Shown here: one piece after another, positions 19,693 to 29,230 of the stretch | How the letters are laid out: every line of letters starts with the position of its first letter | How positions within the stretch are numbered: position 1 is the first letter of the stretch | NCBI GenBank assembly: GCA_964487505.1 | Contig: CAZARD010000002.1 | Coordinates: forward strand, 2,527-66,526 | DNA: 64,000 bases | Direction: 5' to 3' | From: an uncultured Blastocatellaceae bacterium | GTDB lineage: Bacteria > Acidobacteriota > Blastocatellia > Pyrinomonadales > Pyrinomonadaceae | Made by a program: the position numbers and the translations under genes | Notes under the pieces: generated by a model | Told to the model about the DNA's origin: nothing | Database searches by the model: none | What the model saw: only the letters and a program-made list of their open reading frames with translations

Positions 19693-21402
19693 TCAGACCT
19701 TTTCCCGCCAGCGCAGCATTTCGTTTCTGAGTATCGGATTCTGCTGAAAACTGGCGGTCTGGCCGTGGGCTTCGTTTGCGCGCTGGATATGCCAGTATGA
19801 AAGCCCGAGCTTGCCGATCGTGCGCAGATACTTGGTCCGCGCGCCGAACTTGCCCGAACCCAGCCCGGCAAACCGCCAGAACATCGATCCGAAAATGGAG
19901 GTCGCCTTGTCGGCGTGTTCCTGCGGCAAAAGCCCGCGCGCGACGTCGATCGCCAGCATCTCCTTCAGGATCCGGTTCTGCCGCACGAGCACCCAGATCG
20001 TGAAACTAACGAAGATCAGGAACAGTGGGATCTGAACGACGACGTACGAGACGCCAAAAGCGCAGATCGAGGCGAACGATTCCGCGCCCTCGCAAATCGA
20101 TCCGAGTCCGATCTGCTCCAAAATCCGCCGCGCGAAAACCGCGAGACCGTTCCAAAGCGCGTGCAGGCAGACGGCGAAAAAGTAACCGAGAAGAGGGAAG
20201 ATGAACTTCACGGCTTTGTTGTGCGACTCGCGCGCGATGCCGCAGCCAATGCCGGTCATCGATGTGAAGGTCGCGTGCGCGAACGGCGACAGCAACCCGC
20301 GGAGCACGAAAAGAAAAACAAGCGCCGCGAGCCCGCCCGCATTCAGCGCGCGCCCGTAGTAGAGAATGTTCTCGACGGCCGCGAACCCGAGCCCGACGAC
20401 GCCTGCGAAAACTATCCCGTCGAGGATATCGTCGAAATACTTCCGGAACACGACAAGAAGCAGAATGACGCCAAGCCCCTTCGAAGCCTCCTCGAATATG
20501 GGCGCCGCGACAACGGCCATAAAGCTGTCGCCGAACTCAGGATTGACAAGGACCGACGCGCCGATGCCGACGAAAGTGTTGGCGAAGAACGAAAAGGCGA
20601 TCGAGACCAATCCGCCCCACGCAAAAGCGACCGCGATGAGCCAGAGCGGTTCCGGGTCGTATCGGTCGATCAGCATGAACGGCGCGAGATAGAACACGAC
20701 CGGAACAAACGCGACGACGGTCGCGACGATCGCCGTCACGGGACCGACCGAGAGTACTGTGATCAGAACGACCAGAAGCAAACAGATCAAGCCGCCGATT
20801 ATCGCCCCGACCAACCCTATGACCAGCAAAGGATTGCTTTTCTCGGGCTCCGGAACATATTCGCGCGGCATCGAGCCGACGCTGAAATGCGAGATCGAGT
20901 TCCGAAGCGACGGCGGCGGCGGAGCGACGACCTCGGCGCCGGGCGCCTGACCAGGGAAACTCGGCACCGGTTGGTGCAGCACCGTCTGTTGGGAAACCGG
21001 CGCCACGGGGACCGAAGGGGCGTGAAACACGGTTGGCTGAGACGGCGCGGGCGCCGCGGCCGGAATGACGCTGGTGACGGCGCTCGAACTGTCGTCCTCG
21101 AATATCTCGACCCTTGCCGTGACGCCGTTTTTTCCGAACTGGATCCGGTCGCCGGAACGCAGCGCGGCAGAGTCGGTTCGCTCGCCGTTGACATAGGTTC
21201 CGTTCGTGCTCTGCTTGTCGGAGATCCGGAATCCGTCAGGACCGGACTCGATGACGCAATGTAACTTCGACATCACGCGTTCGGTAAGCGGGTCGAATCG
21301 GACCGAGCATTGCTCGCCGCGGCCGATCGACATCGTGCCGTCGCAAAGGTCAAAGCTTCGCCCGGCAAACGAACCGGAATCGATCGTCAGTGATAGTTTC
21401 AT
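19693..21402 (-). CDS. FHA domain - PrsW-family intramembrane metalloprotease fusion protein
   Basis: N-terminal FHA (GRSFDL..MSIGRG..SKLHCVI..DKQSTNGTYVNG), a Pro-rich linker, and a C-terminal polytopic PrsW pattern (FEEASKG, FAHATFT, HALWNG). I chose the start at Met35 of the track ORF; the upstream part is a terminator hairpin plus T-run. Confidence 0.8.
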   Translation of the reverse strand: MKLSLTIDSGSFAGRSFDLCDGTMSIGRGEQCSVRFDPLTERVMSKLHCVIESGPDGFRISDKQSTNGTYVNGERTDSAALRSGDRIQFGKNGVTARVEIFEDDSSSAVTSVIPAAAPAPSQPTVFHAPSVPVAPVSQQTVLHQPVPSFPGQAPGAEVVAPPPPSLRNSISHFSVGSMPREYVPEPEKSNPLLVIGLVGAIIGGLICLLLVVLITVLSVGPVTAIVATVVAFVPVVFYLAPFMLIDRYDPEPLWLIAVAFAWGGLVSIAFSFFANTFVGIGASVLVNPEFGDSFMAVVAAPIFEEASKGLGVILLLVVFRKYFDDILDGIVFAGVVGLGFAAVENILYYGRALNAGGLAALVFLFVLRGLLSPFAHATFTSMTGIGCGIARESHNKAVKFIFPLLGYFFAVCLHALWNGLAVFARRILEQIGLGSICEGAESFASICAFGVSYVVVQIPLFLIFVSFTIWVLVRQNRILKEMLAIDVARGLLPQEHADKATSIFGSMFWRFAGLGSGKFGARTKYLRTIGKLGLSYWHIQRANEAHGQTASFQQNPILRNEMLRWREKV

Positions 21403-21408
21403 AATCGG

Positions 21409-21441
21409 AAAAAAAAGCCCAAGCAGGAGAAGCCGCTTGAG
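21409..21441 (-). terminator. rho-independent terminator-like hairpin plus T8 run after the LVIVD/FG-GAP gene
   Basis: On the minus strand, CTCAAGCGG-cttctc-CTGCTTGGG (7 of 9 bp paired) is followed by CTTTTTTTT. It ends 6 nt before the FHA-PrsW ATG. Confidence 0.45.
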
Positions 21442-21475
21442 CTTTGGACCTTTCGAAATCGAAATGAACGCGCTG

Positions 21476-23542
21476 TTACGGCTGGACCGATGTCGGCGAA
21501 GCAATATCGCCGTTGATCCCGAACGCCCGCGAACTGAAGGCGCCGTTCGCGCTGCTCAGGCGGTACCAGACGTTGTTGTCGGGTCTGAACACCGCGATAT
21601 CCGCGCCGCCGTCGCCGTCGTAGTCGGCCGGGACCGGAACATCGGTCGCGAGCCCGAACCTTGTGATCGAGACCTGGTTGGTGGCCGACCTGATCGTGTA
21701 CCAATTTCCTTCCGACGGACGATAAACCGTGAAATCACTTCGCCCGTCGGCATCAAAATCCGCCACGACCGGTTTGTCGGTAGAGAGGCCCCAAGTGTAG
21801 ATCAAGGGCAGGCTCGACGAACTCTGCATCACGTACCAGACACCGGTGCTGGGGCGAAAGATCGCCATATCCGATTTGCCGTCTCCTTCGAAATCGCCGG
21901 TCAGCGCGGTATCGGTGCTCAGTCCCCAGTTCTGGATCAGGACGCCGAGCGTGCTCTGCATGATGAACCAGGTTCCGGTCGAAGGCCTCCAGACCGCGAC
22001 ATCTGTCCGCCCGTCGGCATCGTAATCGCCTTCGACCGGATTGTCGCCGTTGAGACCGAACTGGACCTGATAGAAAGTGTTGTTGGAACTGTTGATTCGG
22101 TACCACGTGCCGTTCGAAGGCCTCCACAGCGAAATGTCCGAACGGCCGTCGCCGTCGTAGTCGCCCGTCGTCAGGCGGTCGCCCGAGAGGCCGAAAGTCG
22201 ACTGCGAGAAGGCCCCGTTCGAACTGCGTTCGATGTTCCACGTTCCGGTCGCCGGGCTGAAAGTCGAAAGATCCGTCTTGCCGTCGCCGTCGAAATCCGA
22301 AATCCGGTTGCGCGGCGGCGCGGTCGAGCGCGAGACGTCGACGATTACGAGCCCATAGGTAAGGTCGCCGAGCAGGACCTTGTCCTCGCCGAGAAACGGG
22401 AAGACCGCCCAGTTGCCGTCATAGGACGTCGGCAGGACGTTCTGAAGATTCTCGCTCCCGCACACAATGTCCCAGGGCTCTTCGGTAAGGCCCTGGACAT
22501 CTGTTGGAACGAACGTCTGCTGGTATGTATCATACTGACCGATCCGCTTCGGCTGTTGCGGGACCGCGAGGTCGAACAACTGAAGTCCCGCCTGATACCA
22601 CGAAACATAGAGTTTGCTGCCCATCACGACCGGATTGTGGGGTGTGACGGCGTTAAGGGCGAGACCGTCCATCGTTTGCCGGTCGACGAGGACCGGAGCG
22701 GAAGGGACGGTGATGTCGTAGACGCGTATGTCGCCCGAGCCGTTGGTTGTTTCTCGAGCGCTGTAAAGCGTGTTGCCGTCCTCGCTCGACCAACTGCTGT
22801 GCATGCTGTTGCCGGCCGTGACCGAGGTCGTGTCCTCGATGAAACCCAGAAGCACGGGCGCCTGCGTCGCGATATTCGAGATGTCGTAGATCTCAGTGCG
22901 CCCGCGGTTCGTCGAATTTCCCCAACCCGAAGTGATCATTCGGTTTCCGCGAATGTGCATCGCGTGGACCCATTGCGGTTCGGTCGGATTCAGATCGCGC
23001 ACGAAAACCGGCGCGGCAGGGTTCGTGACGTTGATGAACTTGATGATCTTGTTTGATAGCGAATTCGAGTTCTCGATCAGATACGTTTGTCCGTTCTGCG
23101 AGATGACCATCATCTCGTGGATCGAGTTGTGACCGTTGCCGTTCGTCGATGTCACCTGCCCAAGGAGCACCGGATTCGAAGGGTTCGTCAGATCGACGAT
23201 GTGGACGCCGCCGCCGTTCCCACTCCCGAAATACCCGCGGTTCCCGACGACGATCGCCTCAAGGAACTGCTGGTTCGCTCCCGGGTTGTACCACGACGAA
23301 AGCGTCGGCGCGTCGGGGTTGGAAATATCGTAGATGAACGCGCCGCGGCAATTGTAGCTGCCCTGGACGGCGATGTTGCCGTCGGCGTAAATATCCGAGA
23401 ACTTCCAGCGCGACGTTCCGCTCGAACAGGTCGGCGTGATCTGAGAGCGGAGCCGGACCTTCTGCGCCACGACCTCGGCAACAAAAGCCGTTGACAAAAA
23501 CACTCCGACCAACAAAAACAAGACAAGCGATCTCTTCTTCAT
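21476..23542 (-). CDS. secreted LVIVD-repeat beta-propeller / FG-GAP (VCBS) repeat protein
   Basis: Signal peptide MKKRSLVLFLLVGVFLSTAFVAEVVAQ (start at Met15 of the track ORF). It has an LVIVD motif (GLVIVDVS) and about 7 C-terminal repeats of the form DFDGDGKTD..W...S. Confidence 0.8.
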   Translation of the reverse strand: MKKRSLVLFLLVGVFLSTAFVAEVVAQKVRLRSQITPTCSSGTSRWKFSDIYADGNIAVQGSYNCRGAFIYDISNPDAPTLSSWYNPGANQQFLEAIVVGNRGYFGSGNGGGVHIVDLTNPSNPVLLGQVTSTNGNGHNSIHEMMVISQNGQTYLIENSNSLSNKIIKFINVTNPAAPVFVRDLNPTEPQWVHAMHIRGNRMITSGWGNSTNRGRTEIYDISNIATQAPVLLGFIEDTTSVTAGNSMHSSWSSEDGNTLYSARETTNGSGDIRVYDITVPSAPVLVDRQTMDGLALNAVTPHNPVVMGSKLYVSWYQAGLQLFDLAVPQQPKRIGQYDTYQQTFVPTDVQGLTEEPWDIVCGSENLQNVLPTSYDGNWAVFPFLGEDKVLLGDLTYGLVIVDVSRSTAPPRNRISDFDGDGKTDLSTFSPATGTWNIERSSNGAFSQSTFGLSGDRLTTGDYDGDGRSDISLWRPSNGTWYRINSSNNTFYQVQFGLNGDNPVEGDYDADGRTDVAVWRPSTGTWFIMQSTLGVLIQNWGLSTDTALTGDFEGDGKSDMAIFRPSTGVWYVMQSSSSLPLIYTWGLSTDKPVVADFDADGRSDFTVYRPSEGNWYTIRSATNQVSITRFGLATDVPVPADYDGDGGADIAVFRPDNNVWYRLSSANGAFSSRAFGINGDIASPTSVQP

Positions 23543-23787
23543 TAAATGGTGCTCCAAATGCGGATGAATACCCTGGTATGGCAAATCGATAAATTCTGAC
23601 CTATTTCACCCGAAAATACAAGGCCTAACGGCGATTTGCATGATCGTTCGGGCGCCGGCGCGGCACGCGAAGCACGGCCGAACGGAGCGCGCTGAGCGGC
23701 GAAGGCAACTCAAGCGGCGGCGAAACCGGCGGCGAGGAAAGTTCAAGGTCCGAAAACTGCCGCAAAAAACCGATGCGAAGCGTCGAT

Positions 23788-23816
23788 TTGAACGGTCGCG
23801 TCAAACGTCTTAAACT
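23788..23816 (+). promoter_or_regulatory. sigma70-like promoter candidate for the thiolase gene (TTGAAC-N17-TAAACT)
   Basis: -35 at 23788-23793 and -10 at 23811-23816. An AAGGA RBS precedes the ATG at 23866. Confidence 0.35.
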
Positions 23817-23865
23817 GGAATTTGACCGAACGATAGTATTCACCGATCAAGGAACATAAATATTT

Positions 23866-25047
23866 ATGAGAGAAGCAGTTATCATCAGTGCCGTGCGCAC
23901 TCCGACAGGCAAGTTCCAAGGCATGCTCAAAGGATTCAGCGCGACGGATCTCGGCGCGATCGCCGTCAGGGAAGCGGTTCGTCGTGCGGGCATCGATGCC
24001 GGGAACGTCGATGAGGTCATCATGGGGTGCGTCGTCCAGGCCGGGCTCGGTCAGGCGCCCGCCAGGCAGGCGGCGCTGAAGGCCGGTCTTCCGCCGGAGG
24101 TTTCGGCGCTCACCGTCAATATGGTCTGCGGATCCGGTTTGCGCGCCGTCAGTCTCGCCGCCCAGGCGATCAAGCTTGGCGACGCCGACTTTGTCGTTGC
24201 CGGCGGCATGGAATCGATGTCGAACATTCCGTATTCGATGCCCGGCGCGCGCGACGGTTACCGCATGGGCCATCAGACCGTGACCGATCTGATGATTGGC
24301 GACGGCCTGTGGTGTCCGTTCGAGAACTGGCATATGGGCAACACCGGCGAGGTCGTGGCCGAAAAGCATCAGATCACGCGCGAGATGCAGGACGAGTTCG
24401 CCGCCGCATCGCATCAGAAGGCTGCGGCGGCGCAGGCCAACGGGATTTTTCGGGATGAGATCGTTCCGATCGAGATCCCGCAGAAGAAGGGCGATCCGAT
24501 CATTTTCGACTACGACGAGCCGGTACGGCCCGACACGACCGCCGAAGGGCTTGCAAAACTCAAGCCGGCGTTCAAGCGCGACGGCGGCACGGTGACGGCC
24601 GGCAACGCGCCGGGCGTCAACGACGGCGCGTCGGCGCTGGTCGTGACCTCGGCCGAAAAGGCCGCCGAACTCGGCGTCGAACCGCTCGCAAGGGTCGTCT
24701 CGTACGCGACGTCCGGGATCGAGCCGAAACTGATCATGCTCGCTCCGGTCGAGGGCGTGCGGCGCGCGGTGGCGAAGCCCGGTTGGGGGCTTTCGGATGT
24801 CGATCTTTTCGAACTTAACGAAGCTTTCTCGGTCCAGGCGCTCGGCGTCATGAAGGAACTCGGAATCGATCCGGCGCGGGTCAACGTCAACGGCGGCGCG
24901 GTGGCGCTCGGTCACGCCATCGGAAACTCGGGAAGCCGCGTGCTGACGACGCTGCTTTATGAAATGAAGCGTCGCGGTGCGAGCAAAGGTGTCGCCGGTC
25001 TTTGTCTCGGCGGCGGGAACTCGGTGGCGATGGCGGTCACACGCTAG
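23866..25047 (+). CDS. acetyl-CoA C-acetyltransferase (thiolase II)
   Basis: Active-site Cys in VNMVCGSG, plus [14 protein letters not shown] and [12 protein letters not shown] near the C-terminus. Confidence 0.95.
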   Translation: MREAVIISAVRTPTGKFQGMLKGFSATDLGAIAVREAVRRAGIDAGNVDEVIMGCVVQAGLGQAPARQAALKAGLPPEVSALTVNMVCGSGLRAVSLAAQAIKLGDADFVVAGGMESMSNIPYSMPGARDGYRMGHQTVTDLMIGDGLWCPFENWHMGNTGEVVAEKHQITREMQDEFAAASHQKAAAAQANGIFRDEIVPIEIPQKKGDPIIFDYDEPVRPDTTAEGLAKLKPAFKRDGGTVTAGNAPGVNDGASALVVTSAEKAAELGVEPLARVVSYATSGIEPKLIMLAPVEGVRRAVAKPGWGLSDVDLFELNEAFSVQALGVMKELGIDPARVNVNGGAVALGHAIGNSGSRVLTTLLYEMKRRGASKGVAGLCLGGGNSVAMAVTR

Positions 25048-25063
25048 GGGATCTTCGCGGACC

Positions 25064-25105
25064 TGAACGCGATCGCGAACATCGATCGCGTTCAAGCACA
25101 GTTTT
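25064..25105 (+). terminator. 12-bp perfect inverted repeat (terminator-like hairpin or operator)
   Basis: TGAACGCGATCG-N7-CGATCGCGTTCA (25064-25094), with a short GTTTT 7 nt downstream. Confidence 0.35.
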
Positions 25106-25134
25106 CGACCGATGCAACGGATCCTTTCTTCAAG

Positions 25135-26868
25135 ATGTCTGTGATCGCCGGAATTCACGCCCTTGATCCGGACGCGCGCGTGCCCGGCGCGTTCGCGGAC
25201 GAACTGCGTTCACGTCTTTCGAGGCGCGAGGGCGCGTCGGTATTCGAACTGTCGAACGGGCGCACGGTCTTTTTCGGAAGCGATGCCGGCGGCCTTCGCG
25301 GCGATTGGGTCTTCGCCGCGGGTAGTTCGGATTTCTCGATGATCGCCGGCGAGACGCTTCAGGCCAGGCCGGCCTCGCCGCCCGACCGCGGCGCCGATCT
25401 TCGCGAGATTCACAACGATATCGCCAATGGCCGCACCGACACGCTGAAACGCTGTCGCGGAACGTTCGCTATCGTCAGCGCCCAGCGGGGATCGTTGAGC
25501 CTGATCGCGGACAAACTCGGCGTTCGGCAGCTATTCTACTGGATCGGGGACGACTTCGTCGTTTTCGCGTCGGCGCTTCGGATCATCGAGTCGCTGGGCT
25601 TCATCAAGCGCAGACTGAATCTTCGGGGCGTCATAGAGCATCTCGCTCTCGGTTATCCGCTCGCCGACCGAACGCCGTACGAAAGCGTTTTCGCGATGCG
25701 CGCCGGAGAGGTCCTGCAGTTTCGCGACCGCCGGACGCTGCGTTGCCGGTATTGGAAATGGGACGAGTTCCCGCCGTCCGAACAACCCAAGGATGTCCTC
25801 CTCGATCGGCTCTTCGGGACGTTTCGCGACGCCGTCCGGATGCGGCTCGGAAGCGACCGCGGTACGATCGCGTATCTTTCGGGCGGTCTCGACTCGCGGT
25901 GCGTTGTATCCGCGCTGCAGACCGAGGGCGCTGCGGTCCACACTTTCAACTTCGCGCGTCCCGGAACCAAGGACCTCGTGTACGGCGCGCGTTTCGCCGA
26001 CGCCGCCGGAACCATCCACAATGAGTTCCCGAAGGAAGCGGGAGACGACGTGCCCGATTATTCGGCCAAGATCGCCGCGGCGTGGTATGATTCGCCGACG
26101 CGCGACGTCGTGCCGGTCGAACGCGCGAACGTGGTTTGGAGCGGCGAGGGCGGGAGCGTTGCGCTGGGACACGTCCACTTTGCGCGGCGCATCGCGGAAC
26201 TCGTCCGTGAACGCGAGATCGACGCCGCGATCGAGCTGTTTTTCGAACGGGAATCGATCCATCTTTCGCCGAAGATCTTCAGGCGCGAGTTTGCCGAACG
26301 CCCGATCGAAATGGTTCGCCAGGGGATCAGGGAAGAGATGGCGCAGTTCGCGAGCTGCGACCCGGCCCGGAATTTCTACCTCTTCCTGATGCTCAACGAC
26401 CAGCGCCGGAAGCTGCACTCGCATTTCGAGAATATCGACGTGCATCGGATCGAATTTCAGCTGCCGTTCTTCGACGCGGAATTTCTCCGCGCGGTTCTTG
26501 AAGTACCGTCCGATCTTTGTTTTGAGCACGCCTTGTATGTCGATTGGCTGTCGCGCTTCCCGACGGAAGTGAGGTCGGTGCCGTGGCAATCGTATCCGGG
26601 CCACGTCACGTGCCCGGTCGCCGATGACACGGAACTCGCGGACCAGTGGGGAAGCGGCTACCGGCGCGGCGAACGGAAGGTGATCGCCGCTAAGCTTCGG
26701 CGCGAGGCCCGCGAGATTCTGACTTCGCCGCATTTTCCGTCTGAAATACTCCGCCGGTCGGGTTTCAGGGTCGCGTATATGCTCCATCGGTCAGGTTTGC
26801 GCGATTACGGGTATTTGATCGCGACGGCGGCAACGCTCGAACGGTTCGCGCGCAATTGCGTTCGCTGA
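25135..26868 (+). CDS. asparagine synthase (AsnB)-family protein lacking the N-terminal Cys nucleophile
   Basis: PP-loop motif YLSGGLDSRCV in the synthetase domain. The N-terminus is MSVIAGI, where glutamine-hydrolysing AsnB has MCGI. Confidence 0.75.
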   Translation: MSVIAGIHALDPDARVPGAFADELRSRLSRREGASVFELSNGRTVFFGSDAGGLRGDWVFAAGSSDFSMIAGETLQARPASPPDRGADLREIHNDIANGRTDTLKRCRGTFAIVSAQRGSLSLIADKLGVRQLFYWIGDDFVVFASALRIIESLGFIKRRLNLRGVIEHLALGYPLADRTPYESVFAMRAGEVLQFRDRRTLRCRYWKWDEFPPSEQPKDVLLDRLFGTFRDAVRMRLGSDRGTIAYLSGGLDSRCVVSALQTEGAAVHTFNFARPGTKDLVYGARFADAAGTIHNEFPKEAGDDVPDYSAKIAAAWYDSPTRDVVPVERANVVWSGEGGSVALGHVHFARRIAELVREREIDAAIELFFERESIHLSPKIFRREFAERPIEMVRQGIREEMAQFASCDPARNFYLFLMLNDQRRKLHSHFENIDVHRIEFQLPFFDAEFLRAVLEVPSDLCFEHALYVDWLSRFPTEVRSVPWQSYPGHVTCPVADDTELADQWGSGYRRGERKVIAAKLRREAREILTSPHFPSEILRRSGFRVAYMLHRSGLRDYGYLIATAATLERFARNCVR

Positions 26869-26928
26869 CCGGGTGGTCGATCGAAGAGTTTTTGATAATA
26901 AACCAAATATAAGAGGAAATTGATCTAT

Positions 26929-27777
26929 ATGAGTCAGATAATCGGAGTGATCGGCGCCGGGACGATGGGGAACGGCATTGCCCAAACGGCCGCGGCGTCA
27001 GGATTCGACGTCGTGATGTGCGACGTCAGGGAAGAGTTCGTCAAACGCGGATTTGACACGATAGGCAAGAGCCTCGACCGGTTCGTCAAGAAAGAAACGA
27101 TGACCGAGGAGACGAAGAACGAGATCCTCGGACGCATCCGCACGACGACGGCGCTCGAGGACCTCAAGGATTGCTTCCTGGTCGTCGAGGCGGCGACCGA
27201 GAGTTTCGAGATCAAAAAGCAGATTTTTGAAAAGATCGACGCCATCACTGGACCGGACTGCATTCTGGCATCGAACACGTCGTCGATCTCGATCACGAAG
27301 ATCGCCGCCGTGACGGGCCGCCCGGACAAGGTCATCGGGATGCATTTTATGAATCCGGTGCCGTTGATGAAGCTTGTTGAGGTGATCCGCGGCATCGCGA
27401 CGTCCGATGAGACATACGACAAGGTCCGCGAGCTTTCCGAGAAGATGGGCAAGACGCCGCTCGATTGCCAGGATTTCCCGGGTTTCGTCGCGAACCGGAT
27501 CCTTCTGCCGATGATCAACGAGGCCGTCTTCGCGCTCCACGAGGGCGTCGCGACGCGCGAAAGCATCGACGGGATAATGAAACTCGGGATGAATCACCCG
27601 ATGGGGCCGCTGACGCTGGCGGACTTCATCGGCCTCGACGTCTGTCTCGCGATCCTGCGCGTGATGCACGAAGGGCTCGGCGACCCGAAATACCGCCCGT
27701 GCCCGCTTTTGATCAAAATGGTCGATGCCGGATGGCTCGGGCGCAAGACGGGAAAGGGATTCTACGACTATCAATAG
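26929..27777 (+). CDS. hbd: 3-hydroxybutyryl-CoA dehydrogenase
   Basis: Rossmann motif [15 protein letters not shown] and the 3HCDH N- and C-terminal domains. I chose the ATG at Met4 of the track ORF. Confidence 0.9.
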   Translation: MSQIIGVIGAGTMGNGIAQTAAASGFDVVMCDVREEFVKRGFDTIGKSLDRFVKKETMTEETKNEILGRIRTTTALEDLKDCFLVVEAATESFEIKKQIFEKIDAITGPDCILASNTSSISITKIAAVTGRPDKVIGMHFMNPVPLMKLVEVIRGIATSDETYDKVRELSEKMGKTPLDCQDFPGFVANRILLPMINEAVFALHEGVATRESIDGIMKLGMNHPMGPLTLADFIGLDVCLAILRVMHEGLGDPKYRPCPLLIKMVDAGWLGRKTGKGFYDYQ

Positions 27778-27880
27778 TTCGAGGTCATTGTTCGGCCACG
27801 ATCGATTCTCATTGATTCGCTTTCTTGTTGATGTGAGGTTCGTGGCTGGAGGTGTTCCTCAGGCATAACCCTAAAGATAT

Positions 27881-29230
27881 ATGATGAAACGACTTTTGCT
27901 TCCTTTGAGTTTGATCCTTCTGGCCGCGTTCGGCATCTTCGTCGAGGCGCAGGTCCGGGTTGCGCCGCTCGACATCAAGCAACGAACGCTTGCGAACGGG
28001 CTGCGGGTCGTTTCCGTGCGGGACACTTCCAGTCCGACCGTTTCGATCCACGTTTGGTACGACGTCGGCGGAAAGAACGATCCGCCCGGCCGGTCCGGCT
28101 TCGCCCATATGTTCGAGCATATGATGTTCAAATCGACGAAGAACATGAAGAGCGAGATGATGGACCGGCTGACGGAGGACGTCGGCGGGTTCAACAACGC
28201 TTCGACGTGGGACGATTTCACGAACTACTACGAGGTCGTGCCGTCGAACCATCTCGAGCGGCTTCTGTGGGCCGAAAGCGACCGGATGGTGAACCTCAAC
28301 GTCGATGAGGCGAACTTCGCTTCGGAGCGAGATGTCGTCAAGGAAGAGTACCGGCAGTCGGTGCTGGCGCAGACCTACGGACGGTTCTTCGAATATGTCA
28401 GCGCGCTCTCTTACGAGGTTCATCCGTACAAACGGGGCGTCATCGGCAACCTCGACGAACTGAACGCCGCGACGCGCGAGGACGCCGACCGGTTCTATCG
28501 CACGTACTACCGCCCGGACAACGCGTGGCTGATCGTCGTCGGCGATTTCGATCAGGCGCAGTTCGACGGTTGGGTCGACAGGTATTTCGGCCGGATCCCG
28601 AAGCCTTCGGGCGTGATCCCGCGCGTCACCGAGGTCGAACCCGAACGGACCAAATCCAAACGGTTCGACAAGACCGCGCCGAAGGTCCGGTTTCCATCCG
28701 TCGCCCTGACGTATCTCGGGCCGCCGTCGCGGAGCGCCGATATGCCGGCGCTGCGGGTCGCCGAATCGATCCTTTCGGGCGGCGAAAGCACGCGGCTCTA
28801 TCTCGGTCTGGTCCGGCCCGGAACGGCGCAGGAAGTCAATTTCTACATCGATCTGCGGGTCGATCGATCCTTGCTGGTGGTCTACGCGATCGCGGCCGAA
28901 GGCTCGACGCCGGAGGATATGGAAAAGGCGATACTTGCCGAGATCGCCAAGATGCAGCGTGTCGCAGTCAGCCCGAAAGAGCTGCAGAAGGCGAAAAACC
29001 AACTCGTGGCGCGAGCTCTCCAAGGCCGCGAGACGCACGACGGGAAAGCGATCGCGATCGAGAACGCGGTCGCGTATCTCGGCGACCCGTTGGAGGTCAA
29101 CGGCGATATCGAGAAGCTTCAGAAAGTGACGGCCGCCGATGTTCAGCGCGTTATGAAGAAGTATTTTCCGGCGAATCTGCGGTACGTCATCAATTACCGG
29201 AACGAAGGAGGTGCGTCAGATGCCAAATAG
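27881..29230 (+). CDS. M16 (pitrilysin) family zinc peptidase, catalytic subunit
   Basis: Signal peptide and the inverted zinc motif HxxEH (GFAHMFEHMMFK). Confidence 0.85.
   Translation: MMKRLLLPLSLILLAAFGIFVEAQVRVAPLDIKQRTLANGLRVVSVRDTSSPTVSIHVWYDVGGKNDPPGRSGFAHMFEHMMFKSTKNMKSEMMDRLTEDVGGFNNASTWDDFTNYYEVVPSNHLERLLWAESDRMVNLNVDEANFASERDVVKEEYRQSVLAQTYGRFFEYVSALSYEVHPYKRGVIGNLDELNAATREDADRFYRTYYRPDNAWLIVVGDFDQAQFDGWVDRYFGRIPKPSGVIPRVTEVEPERTKSKRFDKTAPKVRFPSVALTYLGPPSRSADMPALRVAESILSGGESTRLYLGLVRPGTAQEVNFYIDLRVDRSLLVVYAIAAEGSTPEDMEKAILAEIAKMQRVAVSPKELQKAKNQLVARALQGRETHDGKAIAIENAVAYLGDPLEVNGDIEKLQKVTAADVQRVMKKYFPANLRYVINYRNEGGASDAK

Noticed and set aside
21403-21504. A 34-aa N-terminal extension of the FHA-PrsW ORF (track start 21504) overlapping the upstream gene.
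   Set aside because: The extension is encoded by the terminator hairpin and the T8 run (LLLLGLFFPI). It overlaps the LVIVD gene by 29 nt, and the FHA domain begins right at the internal Met. The start at 21402 is preferred, although it lacks a visible SD.
25135-26868. A lasso-peptide or other RiPP cluster built around the AsnB-like gene, with the nearby M16 peptidase pair as leader peptidases.
   Set aside because: There is no transglutaminase-like B protease, no PqqD-like RRE, and no plausible short precursor ORF in the flanking gaps (25048-25134, 26869-26928, 27778-27880). The neighbours are core fatty-acid/butyryl-CoA enzymes. The M16 genes are separated from it by hbd.
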